From: Octopus sinensis
Taxonomy: Eukaryota
Length of the DNA stretch: 64,000 nt
Direction: 5' to 3'
Assembly: GCF_006345805.1 (NCBI RefSeq)
Contig: NC_043016.1
Location: 992,001 to 1,056,000, forward strand
Shown: one piece after another, positions 13,651 through 27,268 of the stretch
Position numbering within the stretch: the first letter of the stretch is position 1
Layout: every line of letters starts with the position of its first letter
Made by a program: the position numbers and the translations under genes
Notes under the pieces: model-generated
Told to the model about the DNA's origin: nothing
What the model saw: the letters and a program-made list of their open reading frames with translations, nothing else
Databases searched by the model: none

Positions 13651-13795
13651 TCAATCAATCAATCAAATACACATATACATACACATATACACACACACAT
13701 ATATATTACATATATACACATATATACATACATATACATACATATATACATAGATACATATACATACACACACACACACACACACACATATATAT

Positions 13796-13895
13796 NNNNN
13801 NNNNNNNNNNNNNNNNNNNNNNNNNNNNNNNNNNNNNNNNNNNNNNNNNNNNNNNNNNNNNNNNNNNNNNNNNNNNNNNNNNNNNNNNNNNNNNN
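13796..13895. other. Assembly gap (100 N)
   Basis: Run of N flanked by microsatellite. Confidence 1.
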
Positions 13896-13960
13896 TATAT
13901 ATATATATATACATACATACATACATACACACACACAATATAATTATATATATATATTTT

Positions 13961-14195
13961 GAAGGCGGCGAACTGGCAGAAACATTAGCACGCTGGGCGA
14001 AATGCTTATAGGTATTTCGCTTGTCTTTACGTTCTGAGTTCAAATTCCGCCGAGGTCCACTTTTTGCCTTTCATCCTTTCGGGGTCGATAAATAAAGCAC
14101 CAGTTTCGCACTGGGTCGATGTAATCGACTTAATCCCTTTGTCTGTCCTTGTTTGTCCCTTCTATGTTTAACCCCTTGTGGGTAGTAAAGAAATA
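13961..14195 (+). mobile_element. tRNA-derived SINE (family B)
   Basis: ggcggcgaactggcagaaac...gagttcaaattcc head and gcctttcatcctttcggggtcgataaa central domain; second copy at 36976-37188. Confidence 0.8.
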
Positions 14196-14223
14196 TATAT
14201 ATAGATATACATACATACATACA

Positions 14224-14259
<36 letters not shown>

Positions 14260-14261
14260 CT

Positions 14262-14625
14262 CTTTTACTCTTTTACTTGTTTCAGTCATTTGACTGCGGC
14301 CATGCTGGAGCACCGCCTTTAGTCGATCAAATCGACCCCGGGACTTATTCTTTGTAAGCCCAGTACTTATTCTATCGGTCTCTTTAGCCGAACCGCTAAG
14401 TGACGGGGACGTAAACACACCAGCATCGGTTGTCAAGCAATGCTAGGGGGACAAACACAGATACACCCCCACATATATATATATATACATATATACGACA
14501 GGCTTCTTTCAGTTTCCGTCTACTAAATCCACTCACAAAGCATTGGTCTGCCAGGGGCTATAGCAGAAGACACTTGCCCAAGGTGCCACGCAATGGGACT
14601 GAACCCAGAACCATGTGGTTGGTTA
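14262..14625 (-). mobile_element. SINE family A
   Basis: Reverse complement of tail, core and head. Confidence 0.8.
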
Positions 14626-14699
14626 AGGGAGATAAATTGAATATCAAATTGCAGAATACTGGTGGTTAGCTTTACAAATTGCATTACCTATGGAACGAC

Positions 14700-14772
14700 C
14701 ACACTGACGAGCCTACGGACAATGGATTACATAAGTGATTCATTCGTTAATAGGCGAAACCGCCGGTCTGTG
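14700..14772 (+). ncRNA. Type I hammerhead ribozyme
   Basis: Stem I caca/tgtg; CTGACGA 14704-14710; stem II gccta/taggc with an inner 10-bp hairpin; GAAA 14756-14759; stem III acc/ggt with loop gcc; GUC cleavage at 14768. Confidence 0.8.
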
Positions 14773-14946
14773 AGTAATTCTGGTTTTTTATTTAATTTTC
14801 ATCTGTCTTGCCCGCATTTCGTTCTGGTGTCCGCTGAATTATCCTCAAGAGAACATTTCTTTCTTTGTAGTTTGATCATAGGTGACCTATTTCTAGCATA
14901 CGGCCGACCACCTAGTGGTATTACCCTTCAAATATACACATGTATA

Positions 14947-15907
14947 TATATATACAAAAAGGGTGAAATATAATTTATTTAATAAAATGATAAATTTCAC
15001 CTAGTAGTTTTATCGGTATGGAAAAGACCATATTTGGTAAGTTATATTAATTATAATAAGGGTTAATTGCATCAAGTTGCTCAAAACCACACCGAAAATA
15101 TTAGAAATGGCAGCCAAATAGGTTACCATTTCTCCTACTAGTAAAAAGTCTCCACAAACAATCAGAATTTGCAACCCGTATATGGCAAAAAGGAAGAAAA
15201 AACGAAATCACGTCCTTTTGGATTAATTACAGACGAAAATTCGTTTCTAGATTGCAAATTCTGATTGTTTGTGGAGACTTTTTTACTAGTAGGAGAAATG
15301 GTAACCTATTTGGCTGCCATTTCTAATATTTTCGGTGTGTGGTTTTGAGCAACTTGTTGCAATTAACCCTTTATTATAATTAATATAATCCTTACCAAAT
15401 ATGGTATTTTCTATACCGATAAACTACTAGGTGAAATTTATTAATTTTATTAAATTAATTATATTTCACCCTTTTTGTATATTGTACGCTATTACTCCTA
15501 TACAATAAATCTGCGGAACTTCGTTTCGTTGTTAATGTTTTTGCAACTCACGTGGTGATTTTGGAGGGAAATACGATTTCGCTTGTCTATATAAATGTAG
15601 TGATGCTGACAGACCATTATATCGTCCGGTGTCGCCTGATCGAGCCGGTATAATGGGTGAGTCTTTTTTTCCCCTAGCATTTCTAGATTTATAGGAAATA
15701 TTGCATTGACAAGGAAATGAACCTCTGGTTCTCACCCAGAAACGAATTTTCGTCTGTAATTAATCCAAAAGGACTGTGATTTCGTTATTTTCTTCCTTTT
15801 TGCCATATACGGGTTGCAAATCCTGATTGTTTGTGGAGACTTTTTACTAGTAGGGAAATGGTGACCTATCTAGCTGGCATTTCTAGCATTTTCAGTATGT
15901 GGTTTTG
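14947..15907. repeat. Nested fold-back: ~230-bp inverted arms plus a third inverted partial copy
   Basis: 14947-15175 is the reverse complement of 15251-15483; 15095-15250 is the reverse complement of 15737-15907. Confidence 0.85.
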
Positions 15908-16149
15908 ACAGCTCGTGAGCTGAAACTAGATAAAATAAAATAAATAAAATAAATAAATATATATATATACATACATATTATTTAAAACAATTTTCAATTG
16001 GTGGTTTCATGCGACTTTTGCAGGCTTCTTTCAGAAATCCGTCTCTTTCAGGCTATAGATTAATCTAATTCTGTAATCAATAGTCTGTTGGAGGCCTGCA
16101 AAGCCTTAAGCCACAAATTGTTTAAATGATAATATATATATATATATAT

Positions 16150-16280
16150 AGCTGAAATTTACAGAAAAACAAAAGACGAAGACAGGTGTATGAACAACAA
16201 ACACATGTATTACTTTGACGCTCGGGAAAAATAAAAAAGTATTTTACGTTTCGAGCCTACACTCTTCGACAGAAAGGAAT
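16150..16280 (-). mobile_element. Penelope-like pLTR fragment with degenerate minimal hammerhead
   Basis: Minus strand tttCTGTCGAagagtgtaggctcGAAACGTaaaa (core A6 changed to T; palindromic ACGT stem III). Confidence 0.45.
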
Positions 16281-16299
16281 TATATATATATATGTATAT

Positions 16300-17610
16300 G
16301 TGATTGTCTCCTTTCATCATGGAATGATGGCGTCAGTACGGTCTGACTGCGAACAAAGTGAACCATTCGAAGTATCAAATGGAATCAAGCAAGGGTGTGT
16401 CCTTGCTCCGATCCTATTTGCTCTTTTCTTTTCAGTGATGCTTGAAACAGCCTTCAAAGACACCTCGGAAGGCATAGGTGTTGAGTATCGGTCAAGTGGA
16501 GGGTTATTTAACCACCAACAGTTCAATGCCAAAACCCGGACTTCTATGCAGACTGTTCTTGATCTCCTTTTTGCTAATGACTGTGCTCTTGTCACCCATA
16601 GTCTTGAGGACATGCAGAACATCCTCAATAGCTTCTCTGATGCATGTAAGGCCTTTGGTCTTACAATTAGCATAACGAAAACTGAACTTATTCACCAGCC
16701 GAAACCAAACTCTTCGCCCTCTTCACAATCAGTGGTATATGTTGATGGTAAAGCTTTGAAAACAGTATCTTTTTTTACATACCTCGGCTCTATTGTGTCT
16801 GATGATGCAAAATTTGAAAAAGATATCCAAAACAGAATCAATAAAGCAAGTGAAGCTTTTGGTAGGTTGCGACACAGACTCTAGAACAACCACTCTTCTG
16901 TATGGTGCCAAAACGTGGACCTTGTATCGCAAGCATATCAATCAGCTTGATTCCTTCCATATGAGATGTCTGCGTTCTATTTGCAATGTTAAATGGCAAG
17001 ATCATGTTCGAAATAGTGAGTTACTGGAGAGGTGTGAGATCACTGGTATTGAAACATTTTTGATTAAGATACAAATGCGGTGGTCTGGTCATCTCGTAAG
17101 AATGGATGACTCAAGAGTTCCAAAGCAGCTTTTTTATGGGCAATTGATAAATTCTTCCCGTCCAACAAGGTGTCCTCTTCTTCGTTACAAGGACAAACTA
17201 AAAGACAATCTGAAGCGTTGTGACATTGCTCTGAGCTCCTGGGAGAGTGCAGCAGGGGATCGCAGCAAATGGAGGAAAATGTGTTTTCTAAAGACTAGAG
17301 AATTTGAAAGTAACCGTCTTCGTCATAGGGACGCCCTTCGTGCAAATTTGAAAGCAACGCATCAGCAAGATCCACCAAACAATGACTGTGTGTGTCACTG
17401 TAGGTTGAAAGCACGAAGCAAAGCTGAGTTAGCTGTCCTCTCGAGAAGACATTTTGAACCAACGAATACATGCAGGTGTACCATTTGCGAGAAAATGTGC
17501 AAGACATCTGCTGGATTGAAGGTACATATGCGGTGTCACAAGGTTAAGGAATTGTTGAAGGTTATTTACTGAACCCTCATTCATCATCTTCGATGAGAGA
17601 ACCTACCATG
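16300..17610 (+). mobile_element. RTE-clade LINE, 5'-truncated ORF2 with frameshifts
   Basis: GIKQGCVLAPILF, LLFANDCAL, FTYLGS, LLYGAKTW, WSGHLVRMDDSRVPKQLFYGQL and C-terminal C2H2-like CTICEKMCKTSAGLKVHMRCH. Confidence 0.9.
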
Positions 17611-17621
17611 TATTATATATA

Positions 17622-18005
17622 CTAGCAGTATCGCCCGGCGTTGCTCGGGTTGTAAGGGAAATACTATATAAGCATTTTTAGAGAGTTTTAGCCAAAAAAT
17701 AGCAAAAAAATGCATTAAAAATGGAAAAAAATGATGTTAAATTTTTTAAAAAATCGTTGACTCATCGTAGACATTTTTAGAGAGTTACTTCCTTATATAA
17801 TAGCGAAAAATGCATTAAAATGGAAAAAAATGATGGTAAATTTTTTTTAAAATCGTAGACTCATCGTAGATGCGCGCTAATACCAGAAGGCTCGATATGA
17901 ATCACGACTATAAGATACCCGGTTTTAGTTAAACTGCCACCGCAAAATGTGGGAGTAGTTAGGAATCTAAATCGTAGGAGACAGACACACAACTTGATAT
18001 AAAGA
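17622..18005 (-). mobile_element. Non-autonomous Helitron
   Basis: Minus strand starts TC after A and ends with hairpin cccg-agcaacgc-cggg then CTAG before T; internal tandem subrepeats. Confidence 0.7.
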
Positions 18006-18018
18006 TATATATAAGTAT

Positions 18019-18053
<35 letters not shown>

Positions 18054-18055
<2 letters not shown>

Positions 18056-18353
18056 AGGCGCAATGACCCAGTGGTTAGGGCAGCGGACTCGCGGTTGTAG
18101 GATCGCGGTTTCGATTCCCAGACCGGGCGTTGTGAGTGTTTAATGAGCGAAAACACCTAAAGCTCCACAAGGCTCCGACAGAGGGTGGTGACGATCCCTG
18201 CTGTACTCTTTCGCCACAACTTTCTCTCACTCTTTCTTCTGTTGGCCTGCTAGCTTAGCCAGCGGGGTGGCGTCATTTGAAGGCAACAATGCGAAGTGCA
18301 TTGTGACCAGCGATGTGTAGTCTGATAGTCTGGTCGGTCACGGTGATCACGAT

Positions 18354-18355
<2 letters not shown>
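18054..18355 (+). mobile_element. tRNA-derived SINE (family C)
   Basis: ggaggcgcaatgacccagtggttagggcagcggactcgc...ggtttcgattccc head with A and B boxes; microsatellite tail. Confidence 0.75.
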
Positions 18356-18384
<29 letters not shown>

Positions 18385-19542
18385 GACCGGCTTCTTTCAG
18401 TTTCCGGCTTTGGTCGTCCCGAGGCTATAGTAGAAGACACTTGCTCAAGGTGTCACGCAATGGGACTGAATCATGGTTGAGAAGCAAGTTTCTTGTGTGT
18501 GCAGTTTCGTTTTATGTCAGTATGCCTCCTGCGTATAATATTTATGCGTCCTGTATGTATGTTGCATGAGCATGCATTACTTATTGTGCTTGTTCATGTG
18601 TGTGCGTCTGCGTGTATATGTATATGTGTATTTGCGTCAGTTGTTATACCATATGTAACCCGGTGTTAGAGTAAGAGGTGGAGTGGGTGGCAACTGGTGT
18701 TTGAAGTAAATTAATTAATGAATATAGAATAGATGAGGGTGGCGGCTGTAGAGGACGATGAGGCGGGGTGAACGATTATGCATGGGTGGGCGATGGTGTA
18801 CGGATGGGCAATTTGGAGGTGGGTGGATGATAGCAGGAGTGAACGATAGTGGGGCGTGGGCGATGGTGGGGAGTAGGCGATGATGGGGATGGACGATGGT
18901 GAGGGTGGATGAACTTTGAGGCGAGGACGATGGGGCGGGGTGATGGAAGATGGTGGAAGAGGTGGGGTGATGGAAGATGGTGGAAGAGGTGGGGAGCTGT
19001 GGACGATGAAGGGGTGGACAATATTGGTGGGGGTTGGTGGAAGTAATGTGGTGGTGATAGGAGTGTTGCTTGGAGGAATGAGAATAGTGGTGGTGATGGT
19101 GGTGGATTATGTGGTTTCGTGATTCTGAATAACTTAATGATGAAGCATGATGGTACTGAACTGGGGAAGGGAGCACGAGAAGGAACACACACGCGCGCGC
19201 ACGCACACGTAGACACACACACATACACGAACATAGAGAGATACACAGACGCATACACTTATATGCACACATTTATATGCATACATATAGATATGAAACA
19301 AAGAAACAACTCATACATATCTATGTACATATGTGAGTCTCTAAGTGTGTGTATGTATATATATATATATGTGTGTGTATATATATGTATATATATATAT
19401 ATATATATAAATATACACACACCAACAACAGCTGAAACTCGTCAAAGAAGCCTTTCCCTATACATACGTGCAGACATACATACACAGATACATACATACG
19501 TGCTTACATACATGCATACATACATATTATATATATATACAT

Positions 19543-19596
<54 letters not shown>

Positions 19597-19633
19597 GTTA
19601 TATATATATACATATATATACACATATATATAT

Positions 19634-19681
<48 letters not shown>

Positions 19682-20675
19682 GCATATATATACATATGTA
19701 TATATGCACACACGCACACACACACGCACACACATATATACATATACATACATGCATATTTATGCAGATAAAAAAGGCATATGTACGTGTTTCTGTATGT
19801 GTGTGTGCTGTATTGATTGATAGAGATACAGATGGAGAGTTTGACATATTTATCCTCAAAATATCTAGAAGGAACAAGACCTTTTTACGCACCCCAGTTT
19901 CTTATTCACAATATCTACTTCGCCCTCTCTCTCCTTTCCATCCTCTTTCTTTCTCCCCTCCCCCCCTCTCTCTTTCTCTCTTTCTCTCTCTCTCTTTCTT
20001 TCTCCGGTATCAAAATTGTAATGATTTCCAGACGACAACAGAGAAAGGAATTAAGGTTGTACGGTTCGTTTGTAGTATTTTCCTTTTGTTTTCAACCAAA
20101 TTTCTTTGTAAACACCCCCACTCCCTTTCTCTTTGTCTCATATACACACACATGCATCTATACACATACATATGTGTGTGCGTACACCTGTCTATCTACA
20201 TATACGTATATATATGTATATATGTATATAAATATGTTTATCTATCTATCGATGTGTGTGTATGCTTGTATGTATGTGTGAGTGTGTGTACACTTACGAT
20301 ATGCTTATCAATACATGTGTATATATGATGTATGTACGCGCGTGCCCCCTTTCATACTAATGTGTTCTCACGAGATATCGACCTTTTCAGCACCTCAAAG
20401 TCTTAATATTAACCACACTAACCTGACCCCACGACCGACCAAACTTTCACTCTCAATACAGCTATGGACATAGCTCCGACCTCGTCGAATTAACATATTC
20501 GCCATCCCATCTCCCGCTCCCACAACACTCAAGAAAAACTAAAAATACATAAACGCACACGAATAGACATATTAGATATACATAGACAAATATACAGAGA
20601 TACACACGAACACACATACACGAACACACACAGAGGCAAATATGCACATACAAAAGATAAACCTACATACATTAT

Positions 20676-20755
<80 letters not shown>

Positions 20756-21486
20756 ACACATACACATATACACACAAAAATTATATCTATCAATCTACCT
20801 TTTGTTTCTTTTCATTAAAGACTAAACGGAAAACAACAACATCAGTAGAAATAAATGAGAGAAAACACAAAAGAAGGTGTTGAGGTTGTGTTCGTTAATG
20901 TGAAGACCTGTTTCTATGGTGTGTGTATATGTGTTAATGTGTGTTCTCGTGCTTGTGTGTGTGTCTTTCAAGACATGATTCACCCAGTACCATGTACACA
21001 ACCTGTCACCAGGCTCTCCACCTTGTCATCAACTCTCTCCTCACCATCCGTTTTTAATGAGAATTTAAATACTTACTGGTGTAGAGGAGAAAAATAAATA
21101 AATAAATACATGAAATTATAAATAAATAAAAAAACGTTGACCAAAATATTCCTCTCAGCTCCTCCCATCCTCTTCGTTATCTTTTTGGCCCCTTTTTTCA
21201 ACTCTGACCTTAGTTTTACATAATTCTTGTTTTCAGTCTGAGACAAACAGACAGACAGGTACACAGATAGATAAACAGATGGATAAGATAGATAGATAGA
21301 GAGAGTGGGTGGGGGACGGGGGTAGGGAACGATGGAGGTACAGAGAAAGAAAGAGTGGCGAACTCAGAGCGGGACTTACAGACAGACAGACGGATGGACG
21401 GATTTGTTCATTGATGACAGACACGTTGATACACACACACGCACACACACATTCATCCGTACATTCATACATCCATACATAAATGC

Positions 21487-21525
<39 letters not shown>

Positions 21526-23282
21526 TGTATGTGTGTGTATGTATGTGTGTATATATGTGTGTGTATGTGTATGCATATGTGTATGATAAAACTCCAAAGA
21601 AACGGTCTTGTTCTACGTTGGTAAGGCAAATACACTCATGCGAACATGTATAGATACACACACATACACACACATACACACATGCATACATACAAACATC
21701 ACCCCCACATATATATTAAAAATAAAAAAGAACCCAAATTATTTGGGGTTAGATCCATCGTGAAATAAGCTCACACCTCCTCCATTGATTTCGTCACAGA
21801 AAGCAACGACCAGCCAAACTCAAAACCAACCAATTAACCAGCCAACCAGCAATTCTCATCGTCCCGCTCCTCTCTTTCCTTTGGCCGGGGAATACAATGA
21901 ACCATCTTTTATCAAATCCGTCATCCGAAGAAATCTGAAGTACTTTAAGGCATATGGTAGGGGCAAACTCGCTGATCGATAGGCCACCACCATACAGCAC
22001 CACACAATAACAACACTCTACACGACAAACATATCTCTTCAGTTTCGCTCAATCCATTATTTCCATTATTTATTCATTCATCTATCGATATTATTAATTA
22101 TTTTTATTATTTTTAAAATTATTTTTTATAGTTATATTGCTATATTCACGTGAATTTTTTGTTTCTGTTTTGTTTGTTTGTTTGCTTGTTAAGGGGTTTA
22201 ACCCTATTACTTTTCACCGCCTCTTTGTACTCTTAGAAGGAAGAGCTGTTTTCTAATGCAGTCACTCGACCTGTTCGAAATAGCAGCCAATTTCCCTTTA
22301 GTTACATCCTTACAAATAATCTGTTAGCCGTCTATTTGAAACTGAATCACCCTCTCCCTAGAAGCTCCACCCCCCCAAAAAAAAACAACAACAACAATAA
22401 CAAACAAAAATAGGTGATACAGTTTTGAAGGTGGGGATGTTGATAATGATGGTGATGATAATGATGGTATTGAGGTATTGGTTTTGATGATGATGTTGGT
22501 AGTGATGGTGTTGTTGCTGTTGTTGTTGGTGGTGACGATGGAGATGATGGTGTCGGTAATGGAGGTGAAGGTGTTGGTGGTGGTGCCTTACCTTTAATTA
22601 TTCAATTGTTTTATTTATTTTCATATTTCTCCACCTTTTCCCCGTACTTTTGTATCTTGTTTCTCTAATTACTTTTTTCCTTCTCCTTCTCCTCCTGCTC
22701 CTCCTCCTTTCTGAAACCAACCTTACTCTCTGCTTCTTCAACTCATTCTCCTCCTCCTCCTCCCGCTACCCTCTATTTCTTCTGTTTCTCTTACTCTCAT
22801 CCTCACATCTCGTTACTTCCTCTGAATCTCGTCACCCCACCTCCTCTTTCTCTTTATTTGTGATTGGATCAGGTTTTGGACGTGACACAGCATAAATAAC
22901 CTCTTCAGACTTTTGAAGGATCGGTATCCACGACCAGCACCAGCAGCTCCACCATTACCACCACCATCACTCCCAGCACAGCCATTACCACCATCGACAC
23001 TCCCCTACCCTCTTGACAGACTGTGTTTGTTTTAAAAACTAATTTATTTGTTGGTAGAAAGTTGTTTGTCTGGTGACAAACTGGTAAAATAAGAAAAAAG
23101 AAGAGAGAGAGGGAGAGAAAGAGAGAGAAGGGGAGAAAGGGAAAGAGAGAGAGAGTGAGAAAGAAAAAGAAAGAGATAGACAGACACATAGATAAGTAGA
23201 AAAATGGGGAGGGAAAGAGAGGGAGTGAAAAAACGAAAGATAGCAACAGAAAGGATAGCGGAAGAAATGGAAGAGATAGAGA

Positions 23283-24120
23283 GGATCTTTTCGGTTTGAA
23301 CGGCAGTTTTTAACATAATTTCTAGGTAACTAAACAATTTTAAACTTCGTATACTGGTAGAATGTGTTTATAAAACATCTTTTTCTATTGGCTTTATTGA
23401 GAAAATTCTATAGTTTGTAAGATATTTGTTGTTGTTTTTCTGCAATTTCTGCGATTTCAACCAATCAGTAACGTCTATTGCTGTAAAGAACATTCTGTGC
23501 CGTATGAATATGTCCCTCGTTTAAGAAACAGATTGGGTTTATTTACATTTGTGATGAAAAAAAGATACCCTTCCCCCATCCCTAACCTTAACCCTAAACC
23601 TAACCCTAAGTAACCTTAACTAACCCTAAATCTAAAATAGACTGAAATGCAATAGATCGATACTAGGTTCATAATTATAGGTGACAATTTCATATGATAC
23701 CGCTAGAGAAAATGGCAGTTTTTTCTAGCGGTGTCATATGAAATTGTCACCCATAATTATGACCCTAGTATCGATCTATTGCATTAAAGTCTATTTTAGA
23801 TTTAGGGTTAGTTAGGGTTAGGGTTGGGGGAAGGGTATCTTTTTTTCTTCACAAATGTAAATAAACCCAATCTGTTCCTTAAACGAGGGACATATTCATA
23901 CGGCACAGAATGTTCTTTACCGCAATAGACGTTACTGATTGGTTGAAATCGCAGAAATTGCAGAAAAACAACAACAAATATCTTACAAACTCTAGAATTT
24001 TCTCAATAAAGCCAAGAGAAAAAGATGTTTTATAAACATATTCTACCAGTATACGAAGTTTAACATTTTTTAGTTACCTAGAAATTATGTTAAAAACTGC
24101 CGCTCAAACCGAAAAGATCC
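23283..24120. mobile_element. Palindromic MITE with internal telomeric repeats
   Basis: ~410-bp arms GGATCTTTTCGGTTTGAAC...; (CCCTAA)-like tract ~23581-23630 and (TTAGGG)-like tract ~23803-23826; 8-bp TSD gatagaga/gatagagt. Confidence 0.85.
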
Positions 24121-24594
24121 GATAGAGTATTTAAGATTTAAAGTAAGTGTAAAGAAAATGAAAAAAGAGAGAGAAGGTGGGGAAGGGATTGTGGTGGAAT
24201 TTATTAGAAAAGTGAGAAAGATCTCAATTCCAGATATTATCTGTGTATAGATATAATAGATATTCAAATTTGAAGCAGACTTGGCGTAGAGAGGGCATCG
24301 GTAAGATCATGATTGGGAACGAAAAACTTTTGACAAACAAATTAACTGAGTGATTAAGCAAACAAATTAATTTGTGTATTGGCTAAATAATTAACCAATT
24401 GACTAGTTATAAAGAAGTGAAGTTGAACCAGTACTGGCGTTTAATATTGGCGTTATGAACGCCCCAAGATACAGCAAAATGTTTCAACATAACAATTCAC
24501 ATTAAAAATCTTGCAAAACATACACACATACACACGCACAAAAACAAACAATAGTTTCTATGTATGTATGTATGTATGTATGTATGTATGTATG

Positions 24595-24628
<34 letters not shown>

Positions 24629-24639
24629 TGTTAAACCAT

Positions 24640-25000
24640 TGGAAGTGAAGGACTCCCAGCCTTTGTCAGGGCATCCTTCTAGGAGAAGGTAACTCAGGTA
24701 ACTGGGATAACTCCGACATAAAACCTGCGGCTCAGTGGTTACTGATGATGTTGACTTGTTTTTCTTTTCGGATTATGGCTGCTGTTGCTTAGTGAGTGGG
24801 ATTGACTCAATGCACAGCCTTTCCTCACTTTAAAAAAAATCTTCTTTCCCGGGCATTGCATGATAACAACATTGTTCATGATTGTTGATGGTGCTGTGAG
24901 TCTCAACTGAAAAAAGCAAATAAAATTCACATTCGATCACAGCACCAATAACAGTTAAGCCTCGTTCAATGGCCATACTCGATAACGAGGGGGCAGCCAT
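24640..25000 (+). repeat. Dispersed repeat homologous to 40345-40600
   Basis: Shared gcatccttctaggagaag...gataacgagggggcagcc. Confidence 0.75.
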
Positions 25001-25069
25001 CATCATGTATGTATGTATGTATGTATGTATGTGTATGTATGTATGTATGTATGTATGTATGTATGTATG

Positions 25070-25120
<51 letters not shown>

Positions 25121-25589
25121 TATCTATCGACGGACGTCACCTCGGCTCCGAAGGTAATCGTTTATTTTGACTATTTATAGCCCATATTTTATGTACATTT
25201 TTGTAAATCAGGTGTGTAAGGCACCCAACTTTCGTTTGAGTGCTTTTCCAAGGGAGGAATTCGCCCCTAGGGGCAATTTCAACACTATTTAATTTGTGTA
25301 TTTTTCTTCTCGACATTAAAACATGTCGAGAAATATTATTGTAGAACGCTGGTCGCGTTCCTTTATGGACCAGCATTTTCCTAGTCTGGAATCGCTAGGA
25401 GAAAAAAAGAACTTATGTACGCAAAGTGCAACCTGAATGACGTGGTAGTGAACGCTGCAATCACTTGCGGTAACAGCCCTGTCATCACCACCACCACCAC
25501 CACCACCACCACCACCACCACCACCACCACTAACAACAACAACAACTAGCCTACTACTGCTACCACCACCACAACCACGACCAACATAA

Positions 25590-26813
25590 ATGATAAAAAT
25601 GAAACTCACGCGAATACTATTAACAAAAACAACAACAACAACAAGAACAACAATAAAAATGAAATAAATATCTTACTATCTAATAGTGAAGATCTTAATA
25701 TAAAAGAATCAACAACACCAGTAAATTTCGCTGACACTCTGCGTCAGAAAAAAGGAATAGTAAAATTTACGAATGGAGAGTTAATAGAAACGAGAGCTCT
25801 CTTTACAACACAAGGGCGGGATTTAGTGCTGCATACACCTCAACACATAAAGGAACAAATAGAAAATAAGACAATTATATATAAAATATAAGAAAAAACA
25901 AAAAGCAAAATGAACAGATTACCAAAACGGACATAGAAAGTATTAAAAAGCATAATGAAAAAAAGAATGTTAAACTGGGGGTCCCCAGTTTAATACAGTG
26001 GTGGTCCGCTTCCCTACCAGGAAGTGGCAAAAGCTCACTCTACGGAGTCTGCAAAATGATGAAATCATCATGGTACCATATTACAAAGGCCAGAGAGTGA
26101 GTAGAATTAGCATTAAAAATGTACCCCCCGAGATACCTAACAAATGGATAACAGGGGCAATCTGTTACCATTTGAAAAAGATAAATATATTAGAAACCGT
26201 CGTGTACAAAAACGACAATTAGGGTGGTAAAACAATAGTAGTGACCATCCAGATTGAGGGGGCCTCTATCGAGAACCTACCTGATAGGATCCACTTAGAA
26301 AATGGGCAACGCCTATATGTTGTAGCAGAAGGCAAAAAGCCTAGATGCTACAACTGTGGCAGCCCAGATAATTTAATTGCCAAGTGCGCTCTGGCACAGA
26401 AAAAACAAGAAAGAACAAATCAGAAAACAAATAAAAAACCCTTGTTGCCAACACACACACCAAACACCAACACACTCAATTATGGAACAATCCAAGAAAA
26501 ACAACAAACCAGCAAACAAACCCCACAACACCCACCAAGAAAAACAGTACCAACACAATCACCGTTGAGGTCACAACCAATAAATAGACCCACCACCCAC
26601 ACCAGGACGACAATTAAAAAGACAGAAAACAGTGACAAGAAGACAAATTCTACCCCTAACACCACAACAACACAAACACCGCACAAAACATCAACAATTT
26701 CTACAAGCATACATATTAACGCAAATGCTTTGCCTTTATCCCATTCTGATTCGTCGGACGACGAAAGTTCGACGGAATGGCAAATAGCCACAGGGGGTAA
26801 AAGTAAAAGATAA
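25590..26813 (+). pseudogene. Tx1 ORF1 remnant (degenerate CCHC knuckle)
   Basis: Fragments 25998-26222 and 26241-26813; C-x2-C-x4-N-x4-C. Confidence 0.7.
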
Positions 26814-27268
26814 AAAAAGACCACCAAACAAGGAAGTAAAGCAGGGAGATATTTAACTCCGGACAGCATCCCCATAGACAATCAAAAACTCAATGAACCC
26901 GCAAAACCACACACACAACTAACTGCAATAGACACAGACAATAAAAAATTAATGGATTATATTGTATCCAACACGGACATCTGTGAAGATGACTTTAAGA
27001 CAAACAATCATCCGCGCACCACACCACCGAACCACATAAAAATTGTACACATAATACAAACACAACACCATACAATGAAACAATATTTCCAAATGCAGTA
27101 GGCGGGTTTCAACGTTACCTCTCCAAAAAACTATACAAACACTTCATCAAAGACACTACAAAAGAAGAAGAAAAAAATGAAACTTTCGAAATGAGTAAGT
27201 GACCTTCCCTCTTGCCTCTTGTCTCTTCCAAAGTAGTGTGTGAAACACAATTTTCGTAAACATCAATT

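Noticed and set aside
16795-16830. CTGATGA...GAAA inside the RTE ORF
   Set aside because: No stem II pairing; a chance match in coding sequence.
18715-19272. His/Pro/Ser-rich 185-aa ORF
   Set aside because: Low-complexity GGT/GAT-type repeat decay; no domain or splice support.
23581-23830. TTAGGG tracts as a chromosome end or fusion site
   Set aside because: Short and symmetric inside a repeated MITE with a TSD.
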